In this document: positions 25,801 through 41,000 of the stretch, piece by piece
Numbering within the stretch: the first letter of the stretch is position 1
How the letters are laid out: each line of letters begins with the position of its first letter
From: Bugula neritina
Lineage: Eukaryota; Animalia; Bryozoa
Assembly (NCBI GenBank): GCA_964035545.1
Contig: CAXIUT010000073.1
Span: 434,001-498,000, forward strand
DNA: 64,000 nucleotides
Direction: 5' to 3'
The notes under the pieces: generated by a model
What the model saw: only the letters and a program-made list of their open reading frames with translations
What the model was told of the DNA's origin: nothing
Databases searched by the model: none
Position numbers and translations under genes: made by a program

Positions 25801-26739
25801 TGAAAATGTTTATGCAAAATTTGATGCCTGCTTCAAAGACACCAGTGCTTAATTACTGTGTTAACTGTATTGGCACGTTGCCATGAGATATTTGGTAATA
25901 TTTCGCATCACAACAAACTCTTCAGAAAGTTAAGAAAATCAGTCTAGAAAGTTAATGAAATAAACCTACCAGAGAGAGTAAGCCAGATGTAACAAGTAGA
26001 TCCAAAACAAGTTGATTAACAATTGAAGTTGAAGTCTCGATGTAGTCAACACTTTAGTCCTAACGTCAAATGCTAACGTCTGCAACCAAACTGTGAAGAC
26101 TTCATGAGCTGGTTAGCTGACAGGACACATTAAAGTTCTTAACTCTTGTGTGTATAGTGATGCCCATCTTGAACTAGAGAGGGCTGACTGAAGACTGCTA
26201 CTTTGTGAAAATTGACAATGCATATTATTATTATTCATTGTTGAGATTCACGACTGCCATAAACAATGATAAAATATTCATTGTTGGTACTACTGAGTAG
26301 AATAAAATATAATATAATATTGTTTTCTGGACAGAAAAGTAATATCAAATGCATATTATAACTTACCATAAATCTACAGTGCTTCACATCTTCACCTTTT
26401 CCTGCAATTTTATTTCTTTGCAGTTGGAAGTAGTAGCTGAATATATGACGATGAAACATAACCCTTCAATTTCATTGCACCAGCACCAGTTGCAAGATAG
26501 GTGTGTTGGGAGTTATCTTTCCTAAAAATTTGTTTTTGGTGTTTATACGAAGCAGACACAGGCTAATATTAGTTTTGTTATTTGCAAGAGTTTTTCTGTC
26601 TGATTGTCCATCAGCAAAAGTTTGCGCCTTGCAGTTATTATGAAAATACCAGTGATGCTGGAAGACCTTTGCATTGTACACCCGCCTTTACTATTGAATT
26701 TAGATGTTTTATTTTCCCATCCCCTCTCCTGCCCCCCTA

Positions 26740-29700
26740 TCCCCTCTAACAACCAGCAATCTTGACTCATGTGAATTTTGTTATTGTTCTAGAGTTGGCC
26801 CATGGGCCTACAGTATACGATTTGAAACTTTATAGTTTACAGGCAGTCGAGATGAGTCAGTGCTGAAACCCATTTTATTAGTAGACTATATTGCTCTTCA
26901 ATAATCAGTTTTCATATTAAAAGAGAAAGCTCATCTGCAGCGCCATTTTACAGTGTTATATTTTGCCAGAGCAATAACTAATTTTAGATGCCTTTGCAAA
27001 CATATGAGAAATAAATGAGTCATTCTATGAAAAGAGGTGTTTGCAGCACTTGTCCACTTTTGATTTACACGCGGCATGGAAACTTTTGTAGTTTTAAATA
27101 ATGTCTCCAAATTCATCACTTGCATGTGTTTAGATACTTGATGAAAATTTTTATGCAAAACTTGATGCCTGCTTCAAAGACACCAGTGCTTAATTACTGT
27201 GTTAACTGTATTGGCACGTTGCCATGAGATATTTGGTAATATTTCGCATCACAACAAACTCTTCAGAAAGTTGAGAAAATCAGTCTAGAAAGTTAATGAA
27301 ATAAACCTACCAGAGAGAGTAAGCCAGATGTAACAAGTAGATCCAAAACAAGTTGATAAACAATTGAAGTTGAAGTCTCCATGTAGTCAACACGTTAGTC
27401 CTAATGTCAAATGCAAACGTCTGCAACCAAACTGTGTAGACTTCATAAGCTGGTTAGCTGACAGGGGAGATTGAAGTTCTTAACTCTTGTGTGTATAGTG
27501 ATGCCCATCTTGAACCAGAGATGGCTGACTGAAGACTGCTACTTTGTGAAAATTGACAATGCATATTATTATTATTCATTGTTGAGATTCACGACTGCCA
27601 TAAACAATGATAAAATATTCATTGTTGGTACTACTGAGTAGAATAAAATATAATATAATATTATTTTCTGGACAGATAAATAATATCAAATGCATATTAT
27701 AACTTACCATAAATATACAGTGCTTCACATCTTCACCTTTTTCTGCAATGTTATTTCTTTGCAGTTAGAAGTACTAGCTGAATATATGACTATGAAACAT
27801 AACCCTTCAATTTCATTGCACCAGCACCAGTTGCAAGATAGGTGTATTGAGAGTTATCTTTCCCAAAATTTTGTTCTTGGTGTTTATACGAAGCAGACAC
27901 AGGCTAATATTAGTTTTGTTATTTGCAAGAGTTTTTCTGTCTGATTGTCCATCAGCAAAAGTTTGCGCCTTGCAGTTATTATGGAAATACCAGTGATGCT
28001 GGAAGACCTTTGCATTGTACACCCGCCTTGACTATTGAAGTTAGATGTTTTATTTTCCCATCCCCTCTCCCGCCCCCCTGTCCCCTCTAACAACCGGCAA
28101 TCCTGACTCATGTGAATTGTGTTATTGTTCTAGAGTTGGCCCATGGGCCTACAGTATACGATTTGAAGCTTTATAGTTTACAGGCAGTCGAGATGAGTCA
28201 CTGCTGAAACCCATTTTATTAGTAGACTATATTGCTCTTCAATCATCAGTTTTCATATTAAAACAGAAAGCTCATCTGCAGCGCCATTTCACAGTGTTAT
28301 ATTTTGCTAGAGCAATAACTAATTTTAGATGCCTTTGCAAACATATGAGAAATAAATGAGTCATTCTATGAAAAGAGGTGTTTGCAGCACTTGTCCACTT
28401 TTGATTTACACGCGGCATCGAAACTTTTGTAGTTTTAAATAATGTCTCCAAATTCATCACTTGCATGTGTTTAGATACTTGATGAAAATGTTTATGCAAA
28501 ATTTGATGCCTGCTTCAAAGACACCAGTGCTTAATTACTGTGTTAACTGTATTGGCACGTTGCCATGAGATATTTGGTAATATTTCGCATCACAACAAAC
28601 TCTTCAGAAAGTTAAGAAAATCAGTCTAGAAAGTTAATGAAATAAACCTACCAGAGAGAGTAAGCCAGATGTAACAAGTAGATCCAAAACAAGTTGATTA
28701 ACAATTGAAGTTGAAGTCTCGATGTAGTCAACACTTTAGTCCTAACGTCAAATGCTAACGTCTGCAACCAAACTGTGAAGACTTCATGAGCTGGTTAGCT
28801 GACAGGACACATTAAAGTTCTTAACTCTTGTGTGTATAGTGATGCCCATCTTGAACTAGAGAGGGCTGACTGAAGACTGCTACTTTGTGAAAATTGACAA
28901 TGCATATTATTATTATTCATTGTTGAGATTCACGACTGCCATAAACAATGATAAAATATTCATTGTTGGTACTACTGAGTAGAATAAAATATAATATAAT
29001 ATTGTTTTCTGGACAGAAAAGTAATATCAAATGCATATTATAACTTACCATAAATCTACAGTGCTTCACATCTTCACCTTTTCCTGCAATTTTATTTCTT
29101 TGCAGTTGGAAGTAGTAGCTGAATATATGACGATGAAACATAACCCTTCAATTTCATTGCACCAGCACCAGTTGCAAGATAGGTGTGTTGGGAGTTATCT
29201 TTCCTAAAAATTTGTTTTTGGTGTTTATACGAAGCAGACACAGGCTAATATTAGTTTTGTTATTTGCAAGAGTTTTTCTGTCTGATTGTCCATCAGCAAA
29301 AGTTTGCGCCTTGCAGTTATTATGAAAATACCAGTGATGCTGGAAGACCTTTGCATTGTACACCCGCCTTTACTATTGAATTTAGATGTTTTATTTTCCC
29401 ATCCCCTCTCCTGCCCCCCTGTCCCCTCTAACAACCAGCAATCTTGACTCATGTGAATTGTGTTATTGTTCTAGAGTTGGCCCATGGGCCTACAGTATAC
29501 GATTTGAAACTTTATAGTTTACAGGCAGTCGAGATGAGTCAGTGCTGAAACCCATTTTATTAGTAGACTATATTGCTCTTCAATAATCAGTTTTCATATT
29601 AAAAGAGAAAGCTCATCTGCAGCGCCATTTTACAGTGTTATATTTTGCCAGAGCAATAACTAATTTTAGATGCCTTTGCAAACATATGAGAAATAAATGA

Positions 29701-32700
29701 GTCATTCTATGAAAAGAGGTGTTTGCAGCACTTGTCCACTTTTGATTTACACGCGGCATGGAAACTTTTGTAGTTTTAAATAATGTCTCCAAATTCATCA
29801 CTTGCATGTGTTTAGATACTTGATGAAAATTTTCATGCAAAACTTGATGCCTGCTTCAAAGACACCAGTGCTTAATTACTGTGTTAACTGTATTGGCACG
29901 TTGCTATGAGATATTTGGTAATATTTCGCATCACAACAAACTTTTCAGAAAGTTAAGAAAATCAGTCTAGAAAGTTAATGAAATAAACCTACCAGAGAGA
30001 GTAAGCCAGATGTAACAAGTAGATCCAAAACAAGTTGATAAACAATTGAAGTTGAAGTCTCCATGTAGTCAACACGTTAGTCCTAATGTCAAATGCAAAC
30101 GTCTGCAACCAAACTGTGTAGACTTCATGAGGTGGTTAGCTGACAGGAGAGATTAAAGTTCTTAACTCTTGTGTGTATAGTGATGCCCATCTTGAACTAG
30201 AGATGGCTGACTGAAGACTGCTACTTTGTGAAAATTGACAATGCATATTATTATTATTCATTGTTGAGATTCACGACTGCCATAAACAATGATAAAATAT
30301 TCATTGTTGGTACTACTGAGTAGAATAAAATATAATATAATATTATTTTCTGGACAGATAAATAATATCAAATGCATATTATAACTTACCATAAATCTAC
30401 AGTGCTTCACATCTTCACCTTTTTCTGCAATGTTATTTCTTTGCAGTTAGAAGTACTAGCTGAATATATGACTATGAAACATAACCCTTCAATTTCATTG
30501 CACCAGCACCAGTTGCAAGATAAGTGTATTGAGAGTTATCTTTCCCAAAATTTTGTTCTTGGTGTTTATACGAAGCAGACACAGGCTAATATTAGTTTTG
30601 TTATTTGCAAGAGTTTTTCTGTCTGATTGTCCATCAGCAAAAGTTTGCGCCTTGCAGTTATTATGAAAATACCAGTGATGCTGGAAGACCTTTGCATTGT
30701 ACACCCGCCTTTACTATTGAATTTAGATGTTTTATTTTCCCATCCCCTCTCCTGCCCCCCTGTCCCCTCTAACAACCAGCAATCTTGACTCATGTGAATT
30801 TTGTTATTGTTCTAGAGTTGGCCCATGGGCCTACAGTATACGATTTGAAACTTTATAGTTTACAGGCAGTCGAGATGAGTCAGTGCTGAAACCCATTTTA
30901 TTAGTAGACTATATTGCTCTTCAATAATCAGTTTTCATATTAAAAGAGAAAGCTCATCTGCAGCGCCATTTTACAGTGTTATATTTTGCCAGAGCAATAA
31001 CTAATTTTAGATGCCTTTGCAAACATATGAGAAATAAATGAGTCATTCTATGAAAAGAGGTGTTTGCAGCACTTGTCCACTTTTGATTTACACGCGGCAT
31101 GGAAACTTTTGTAGTTTTAAATAATGTCTCCAAATTCATCACTTGCATGTGTTTAGATACTTGATGAAAATTTTTATGCAAAACTTGATGCCTGCTTCAA
31201 AGACACCAGTGCTTAATTACTGTGTTAACTGTATTGGCACGTTGCCATGAGATATTTGGTAATATTTCGCATCACAACAAACTCTTCAGAAAGTTGAGAA
31301 AATCAGTCTAGAAAGTTAATGAAATAAACCTACCAGAGAGAGTAAGCCAGATGTAACAAGTAGATCCAAAACAAGTTGATAAACAATTGAAGTTGAAGTC
31401 TCCATGTAGTCAACACGTTAGTCCTAATGTCAAATGCAAACGTCTGCAACCAAACTGTGTAGACTTCATAAGCTGGTTAGCTGACAGGGGAGATTGAAGT
31501 TCTTAACTCTTGTGTGTATAGTGATGCCCATCTTGAACCAGAGATGGCTGACTGAAGACTGCTACTTTGTGAAAATTGACAATGCATATTATTATTATTC
31601 ATTGTTGAGATTCACGACTGCCATAAACAATGATAAAATATTCATTGTTGGTACTACTGAGTAGAATAAAATATAATATAATATTATTTTCTGGACAGAT
31701 AAATAATATCAAATGCATATTATAACTTACCATAAATATACAGTGCTTCACATCTTCACCTTTTTCTGCAATGTTATTTCTTTGCAGTTAGAAGTACTAG
31801 CTGAATATATGACTATGAAACATAACCCTTCAATTTCATTGCACCAGCACCAGTTGCAAGATAGGTGTATTGAGAGTTATCTTTCCCAAAATTTTGTTCT
31901 TGGTGTTTATACGAAGCAGACACAGGCTAATATTAGTTTTGTTATTTGCAAGAGTTTTTCTGTCTGATTGTCCATCAGCAAAAGTTTGCGCCTTGCAGTT
32001 ATTATGGAAATACCAGTGATGCTGGAAGACCTTTGCATTGTACACCCGCCTTGACTATTGAAGTTAGATGTTTTATTTTCCCATCCCCTCTCCCGCCCCC
32101 CTGTCCCCTCTAACAACCGGCAATCCTGACTCATGTGAATTGTGTTATTGTTCTAGAGTTGGCCCATGGGCCTACAGTATACGATTTGAAGCTTTATAGT
32201 TTACAGGCAGTCGAGATGAGTCACTGCTGAAACCCATTTTATTAGTAGACTATATTGCTCTTCAATCATCAGTTTTCATATTAAAACAGAAAGCTCATCT
32301 GCAGCGCCATTTCACAGTGTTATATTTTGCTAGAGCAATAACTAATTTTAGATGCCTTTGCAAACATATGAGAAATAAATGAGTCATTCTATGAAAAGAG
32401 GTGTTTGCAGCACTTGTCCACTTTTGATTTACACGCGGCATCGAAACTTTTGTAGTTTTAAATAATGTCTCCAAATTCATCACTTGCATGTGTTTAGATA
32501 CTTGATGAAAATGTTTATGCAAAATTTGATGCCTGCTTCAAAGACACCAGTGCTTAATTACTGTGTTAACTGTATTGGCACGTTGCCATGAGATATTTGG
32601 TAATATTTCGCATCACAACAAACTCTTCAGAAAGTTAAGAAAATCAGTCTAGAAAGTTAATGAAATAAACCTACCAGAGAGAGTAAGCCAGATGTAACAA

Positions 32701-34690
32701 GTAGATCCAAAACAAGTTGATTAACAATTGAAGTTGAAGTCTCGATGTAGTCAACACTTTAGTCCTAACGTCAAATGCTAACGTCTGCAACCAAACTGTG
32801 AAGACTTCATGAGCTGGTTAGCTGACAGGACACATTAAAGTTCTTAACTCTTGTGTGTATAGTGATGCCCATCTTGAACTAGAGAGGGCTGACTGAAGAC
32901 TGCTACTTTGTGAAAATTGACAATGCATATTATTATTATTCATTGTTGAGATTCACGACTGCCATAAACAATGATAAAATATTCATTGTTGGTACTACTG
33001 AGTAGAATAAAATATAATATAATATTGTTTTCTGGACAGAAAAGTAATATCAAATGCATATTATAACTTACCATAAATCTACAGTGCTTCACATCTTCAC
33101 CTTTTCCTGCAATTTTATTTCTTTGCAGTTGGAAGTAGTAGCTGAATATATGACGATGAAACATAACCCTTCAATTTCATTGCACCAGCACCAGTTGCAA
33201 GATAGGTGTGTTGGGAGTTATCTTTCCTAAAAATTTGTTTTTGGTGTTTATACGAAGCAGACACAGGCTAATATTAGTTTTGTTATTTGCAAGAGTTTTT
33301 CTGTCTGATTGTCCATCAGCAAAAGTTTGCGCCTTGCAGTTATTATGAAAATACCAGTGATGCTGGAAGACCTTTGCATTGTACACCCGCCTTTACTATT
33401 GAATTTAGATGTTTTATTTTCCCATCCCCTCTCCTGCCCCCCTGTCCCCTCTAACAACCAGCAATCTTGACTCATGTGAATTGTGTTATTGTTCTAGAGT
33501 TGGCCCATGGGCCTACAGTATACGATTTGAAACTTTATAGTTTACAGGCAGTCGAGATGAGTCAGTGCTGAAACCCATTTTATTAGTAGACTATATTGCT
33601 CTTCAATAATCAGTTTTCATATTAAAAGAGAAAGCTCATCTGCAGCGCCATTTTACAGTGTTATATTTTGCCAGAGCAATAACTAATTTTAGATGCCTTT
33701 GCAAACATATGAGAAATAAATGAGTCATTCTATGAAAAGAGGTGTTTGCAGCACTTGTCCACTTTTGATTTACACGCGGCATGGAAACTTTTGTAGTTTT
33801 AAATAATGTCTCCAAATTCATCACTTGCATGTGTTTAGATACTTGATGAAAATTTTCATGCAAAACTTGATGCCTGCTTCAAAGACACCAGTGCTTAATT
33901 ACTGTGTTAACTGTATTGGCACGTTGCTATGAGATATTTGGTAATATTTCGCATCACAACAAACTTTTCAGAAAGTTAAGAAAATCAGTCTAGAAAGTTA
34001 ATGAAATAAACCTACCAGAGAGAGTAAGCCAGATGTAACAAGTAGATCCAAAACAAGTTGATAAACAATTGAAGTTGAAGTCTCCATGTAGTCAACACGT
34101 TAGTCCTAATGTCAAATGCAAACGTCTGCAACCAAACTGTGTAGACTTCATGAGGTGGTTAGCTGACAGGAGAGATTAAAGTTCTTAACTCTTGTGTGTA
34201 TAGTGATGCCCATCTTGAACTAGAGATGGCTGACTGAAGACTGCTACTTTGTGAAAATTGACAATGCATATTATTATTATTCATTGTTGAGATTCACGAC
34301 TGCCATAAACAATGATAAAATATTCATTGTTGGTACTACTGAGTAGAATAAAATATAATATAATATTATTTTCTGGACAGATAAATAATATCAAATGCAT
34401 ATTATAACTTACCATAAATCTACAGTGCTTCACATCTTCACCTTTTTCTGCAATGTTATTTCTTTGCAGTTAGAAGTACTAGCTGAATATATGACTATGA
34501 AACATAACCCTTCAATTTCATTGCACCAGCACCAGTTGCAAGATAAGTGTATTGAGAGTTATCTTTCCCAAAATTTTGTTCTTGGTGTTTATACGAAGCA
34601 GACACAGGCTAATATTAGTTTTGTTATTTGCAAGAGTTTTTCTGTCTGATTGTCCATCAGCAAAAGTTTGCGCCTTGCAGTTATTATGGA
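26740..34690. repeat. Higher-order repeat: B-A-C trimer duplication (4,023-bp period), 2 copies
   Basis: Private SNPs GAGGTGG (30132 and 34155) and GATAAGTG (30523 and 34546) are each exactly 4,023 bp apart. U21 matches U24 and U22 matches U25 at the diagnostic sites. Boundaries are approximate. Confidence 0.87.
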
Positions 34691-37600
34691 AATACCAGTG
34701 ATGCTGGAAGACCTTTGCATTGTACACCCGCCTTTACTATTGAATTTAGATATTTTATTTTCCCATCCCCTCTCCTGCCCCCCTGTCCCCTCTAACAACC
34801 AGCAATCCTGACTCATGTGAATTGTGTTATTGTTCTAGAGTTGGCCCATGGGCCTACAGTATACGATTTGAAGCTTTATAGTTTACAGGCAGTAGAGATG
34901 AGTCACTGCTGAAACTCATTTTATTAGTAGACTATATTGCTCTTCAATAATCAGTTTTCATATTAAAAGAGAAAGCTCATCTGCAGCGCCATTTCACAGT
35001 GTTATGTTTTGCTAGAGCAATAACTACTTTTAGATGCCTTTGCAAACATATGAGAAATAAATGAGTCATTCTATGAATAGAGGTGTTTGCAGCACTTGTC
35101 CACTTTTGATTTACATGCGGCATGGAAACTTTTGTAGTTTTAAATAATGTCTCCAAATTCATCACTTGCATGTGTTTAGATACTTGATGAAAATTTTTAT
35201 GCAAAACTTGATGCCTGCTTCAAAGACACCAGTGCTTAATTACTGTGTTAACTGTATTGGCATGTTGCCATGAGATATTTGGTAATATTTCGCATCACAA
35301 CAAACTCTTCAGAAAGTTAAGAAAATAAGTCTAGAAAGTTAATGAAATAAACCTACCAGAGAGAGTAAGCTAGATGTAACAAGTAGATCCAAAACAAGTT
35401 GATAAACAATTGAAGTTGAAGTCTCCATGTAGTCAACACGTTAGTCCTAATGTCAAATGCAAACGTCTGCAACCAAATTGTGTAGACTTCATAAGCTGGT
35501 TAGCTGACAGGAGAGATTAAAGTTCTTAACTCTTGTGTGTATAGTGATGCCCATCTTGAACTAGAGATGGCTGACTGAAGACTGCTACTTTGTGAAAATT
35601 GACAATGCATATTATTATTATTCATTGTTGAGATTCACGACTGCCATAAACAATGATAAAATATTCATTGTTGGTACTACTGAGTAGAATAAAATATAAT
35701 ATAATATTATTTTCTGGACAGATAAATAATATCAAATGCATATTATAACTTACCATAAATCTACAGTGCTTCACATCTTCACCTTTTTCTGCAATGTTAT
35801 TTCTTTGCAGTTAGAAGTACTAGCTGAATATATGACTATGAAACATAACCCTTCAATTTCATTGCACCAGCACCAGTTGCAAGATAGGTGTATTGAGAGT
35901 TATCTTTCCCAAAATTTTGTTCTTGGTGTTTATACGAAGCAGACACAGGCTAATATTAGTTTTGTTATTTGCAAGAGTTTTTCTGTCTTATTGTCCATCA
36001 GCAAAAGTTTGCGCCTTGCAGTTATTATGAAAATACCAGTGATGCTGGAAGACCTTTGCATTGTACACCCGCCTTTACTATTGAATTTAGATGTTTTATT
36101 TTCCCATCCCCTCTCCTGCCCCCCTGTCCCCTCTAACAACCAGCAATCTTGACTCATGTGAATTGTGTTATTGTTCTAGAGTTGGCCCATGGGCCTACAG
36201 TATACGATTTGAAACTTTATAGTTTACAGGCAGTGGAGATGAGTCAGTGCCGAAACCCATTTTATTAGTAGACTATATTGCTCTTCAATAATCAGTTTTC
36301 ATATTAAAAGAGAAAGCTCATCTGCAGCGCCATTTTACAGTGTTATATTTTGCCAGAGCAATAACTAATTTTAGATGCCTTTGCAAACATATGAGAAATA
36401 AATGAGTCATTCTATGAAAAGAGGTGTTTGCAGCACTTGTCCACTTTTGATTTACACGCGGCATGGAAACTTTTGTAGTTTTAAATAATGTCTCCAAATT
36501 CATCACTTGCATGTGTTTAGATACTTGATGAAAATTTTCATGCAAAACTTGATGCCTGCTTCAAAGACACCAGTGCTTAATTACTGTGTTAACTGTATTG
36601 GCACGTTGCTATGAGATATTTGGTAATATTTCGCATCACAACAAACTTTTCAGAAAGTTAAGAAAATCAGTCTAGAAAGTTAATGAAATAAACCTACCAG
36701 AGAGAGTAAGCCAGATGTAACAAGTAGATCCAAAACAAGTTGATAAACAATTGAAGTTGAAGTCTCCATGTAGTCAACACGTTAGTCCTAATGTCAAATG
36801 CAAACGTCTGCAACCAAACTGTGTAGACTTCATGAGCTGGTTAGCTGACAGGAGAGATTAAAGTTCTTAACTCTTGTGTGTATAGTGATGCCCATCTTGA
36901 ACCAGAGATGGCTGACTGAAGACTGCTACTTTGTGAAAATTGACAATGCATATTATTATTATTCATTGTTGAGATTCACGACTGCCATAAACAATGATAA
37001 AATATTCATTGTTGGTACTACTGAGTAGAATAAAATATAATATAATATTATTTTCTGGACAGATAAATAATATCAAATGCATATTATAACTTACCATAAA
37101 TATACAGTGCTTCACATCTTCACCTTTTTCTGCAATGTTATTTCTTTGCAGTTAGAAGTACTAGCTGAATATATGACTATGAAACATAACCCTTCAATTT
37201 CATTGCACCAGCACCAGTTGCAAGATAGGTGTGTTGAGAGTTATCTTTCCCAAAATTTTGTTCTTGGTGTTTATACGAAGCAGACACAGGCTAATATTAG
37301 TTTTGTTATTTGCAAGAGTTTTTCTGTCTGATTGTCCATCAGCAAAAGTTTGCGCCTTGCAGTTATTATGGAAATACCAGTGATGCTGGAAGACCTTTGC
37401 ATTGTACACCCGCCTTTACTATTGAATTTAGATATTTTATTTTCCCATCCCCTCTCCCGCCCCCCTGTCCCCTCTAACAACCAGCAATCCTGACTCATGT
37501 AACTTGTGTTATTGTTCTAGAGTTGGCCCATGGGCCCACAGTATACGATTTGAAGCTTTATAGTTTACAGGCAGTCGAGATGAGTCACTGCTGAAACCCA

Positions 37601-38019
37601 TTTTATTAGTAGACTATATTGCTTTTCAATAATCAGTTTTCATATTAAAAGAGAAAGCTCATCTGCAGCGCCATTTCACAGTGTTATGTTTTGCTAGAGC
37701 AATAACTACTTTTAGATGCCTTTGCAAACATATGAGAAATAAATGAGTCATTCTATGAAAAGAGGTGTTTGCAGCACTTGTCCACTTTTGATTTACACGC
37801 GGCATCGAAACTTTTGTAGTTTTAAATAATGTCTCCAAATTCATCACTTGCATGTGTTTAGATACTTGATGAAAATGTTTATGCAAAATTTGATGCCTGC
37901 TTCAAAGACACCAGTGCTTAATTACTGTGTTAACTGTATTGGCACGTTGCCATGAGATATTTGGTAATATTTCGCATCACAACAAACTCTTCAGAAAGTT
38001 AAGAAAATCAGTCTTGAAA

Positions 38020-41000
38020 GTTAATGAAATAAACCTACCAGAGAGAGTAAGCCAGATGTAACAAGTAGATCCAAAACAAGTTGATTAACAATTGAAGTTG
38101 AAGTCTCGATGTAGTCAACACTTTAGTCCTAACGTCAAATGCTAACGTCTGCAACCAAACTGTGAAGACTTCATGAGCTGGTTAGCTGACAGGACACATT
38201 AAAGTTCTTAACTCTTGTGTGTATAGTGATGCCCATCTTGAACTAGAGAGGGCTGACTGAAGACTGCTACTTTGTGAAAATTGACAATGCATATTATTAT
38301 TATTCATTGTTGAGATTCACGACTGCCATAAACAATGATAAAATATTCATTGTTGGTACTACTGAGTAGAATAAAATATAATATAATATTGTTTTCTGGA
38401 CAGAAAAGTAATATCAAATGCATATTATAACTTACCATAAATCTACAGTGCTTCACATCTTCACCTTTTCCTGCAATTTTATTTCTTTGCAGTTAGAAGT
38501 AGTAGCTGAATATATGACGATGAAACATAACCCTTCAATTTCATTGCACCAGCACCAGTTGCAAGATAGGTGTGTTGGGAGTTATCTTTCCTAAAAATTT
38601 GTTCTTGGTGTTTATACGAAGCAGACACAGGCTAATATTAGTTTTGTTATTTGCAAGAGTTTTCCTGTCTGATTTTCCATCAGCAAAAGTTTGCGCCTTG
38701 CAGTTATTATGAAAATACCAGTGATGCTGGAAGACCTTTGCATTGTACACCCGCCTTTACTATTGAATTTAGATGTTTTATTTTCCCATCCCCTCTCCTG
38801 CCCCCCTATCCCCTCTAACAACCAGCAATCTTGACTCATGTGAATTTTGTTATTGTTCTAGAGTTGGCCCATGGGCCTACAGTATACGATTTGAAACTTT
38901 ATAGTTTACAGGCAGTCGAGATGAGTCAGTGCTGAAACCCATTTTATTAGTAGACTATATTGCTCTTCAATAATCAGTTTTCATATTAAAAGAGAAAGCT
39001 CATCTGCAGCGCCATTTTACAGTGTTATATTTTGCCAGAGCAATAACTAATTTTAGATGCCTTTGCAAACATATGAGAAATAAATGAGTCATTCTATGAA
39101 AAGAGGTGTTTGCAGCACTTGTCCACTTTTGATTTACACGCGGCATGGAAACTTTTGTAGTTTTAAATAATGTCTCCAAATTCATCACTTGCATGTGTTT
39201 AGATACTTGATGAAAATTTTTATGCAAAACTTGATGCCTGCTTCAAAGACACCAGTGCTTAATTACTGTGTTAACTGTATTGGCACGTTGCCATGAGATA
39301 TTTGGTAATATTTCGCATCACAACAAACTCTTCAGAAAGTTGAGAAAATCAGTCTAGAAAGTTAATGAAATAAACCTACCAGAGAGAGTAAGCCAGATGT
39401 AACAAGTAGATCCAAAACAAGTTGATAAACAATTGAAGTTGAAGTCTCCATGTAGTCAACACGTTAGTCCTAATGTCAAATGCAAACGTCTGCAACCAAA
39501 CTGTGTAGACTTCATAAGCTGGTTAGCTGACAGGGGAGATTGAAGTTCTTAACTCTTGTGTGTATAGTGATGCCCATCTTGAACCAGAGATGGCTGACTG
39601 AAGACTGCTACTTTGTGAAAATTGACAATGCATATTATTATTATTCATTGTTGAGATTCACGACTGCCATAAACAATGATAAAATATTCATTGTTGGTAC
39701 TACTGAGTAGAATAAAATATAATATAATATTATTTTCTGGACAGATAAATAATATCAAATGCATATTATAACTTACCATAAATATACAGTGCTTCACATC
39801 TTCACCTTTTTCTGCAATGTTATTTCTTTGCAGTTAGAAGTACTAGCTGAATATGTGACTATGAAACATAACCCTTCAATTTCATTGCACCAGCACCAGT
39901 TGCAAGATAGGTGTATTGAGAGTTATCTTTCCCAAAATTTTGTTCTTGGTGTTTATACGAAGCAGACACAGGCTAATATTAGTTTTGTTATTTGCAAGAG
40001 TTTTTCTGTCTGATTGTCCATCAGCAAAAGTTTGCGCCTTGCAGTTATTATGGAAATACCAGTGATGCTGGAAGACCTTTGCATTGTACACCCGCCTTGA
40101 CTATTGAAGTTAGATGTTTTATTTTCCCATCCCCTCTCCCGCCCCCCTGTCCCCTCTAACAACCGGCAATCCTGACTCATGTGAATTGTGTTATTGTTCT
40201 AGAGTTGGCCCATGGGCCTACAGTATACGATTTGAAGCTTTATAGTTTACAGGCAGTCGAGATGAGTCACTGCTGAAACCCATTTTATTAGTAGACTATA
40301 TTGCTCTTCAATCATCAGTTTTCATATTAAAACAGAAAGCTCATCTGCAGCGCCATTTCACAGTGTTATATTTTGCTAGAGCAATAACTAATTTTAGATG
40401 CCTTTGCAAACATATGAGAAATAAATGAGTCATTCTATGAAAAGAGGTGTTTGCAGCACTTGTCCACTTTTGATTTACACGCGGCATCGAAACTTTTGTA
40501 GTTTTAAATAATGTCTCCAAATTCATCACTTGCATGTGTTTAGATACTTGATGAAAATGTTTATGCAAAATTTGATGCCTGCTTCAAAGACACCAGTGCT
40601 TAATTACTGTGTTAACTGTATTGGCACGTTGCCATGAGATATTTGGTAATATTTCGCATCACAACAAACTCTTCAGAAAGTTACGAAAATCAGTCTAGAA
40701 AGTTAATGAAATAAACCTACCAGAGAGAGTAAGCCAGATGTAACAAGTAGATCCAAAACAAGTTGATTAACAATTGAAGTTGAAGTCTCGATGTAGTCAA
40801 CACTTTAGTCCTAACGTCAAATGCTAACGTCTGCAACCAAACTGTGAAGACTTCATGAGCTGGTTAGCTGACAGGACACATTAAAGTTCTTAACTCTTGT
40901 GTCTATAGTGATGCCCATCTTGAACTAGAGAGGGCTGACTGAAGACTGCTACTTTGTGAAAATTGACAATGCATATTACTATTATTCATTGTTGAGATTC

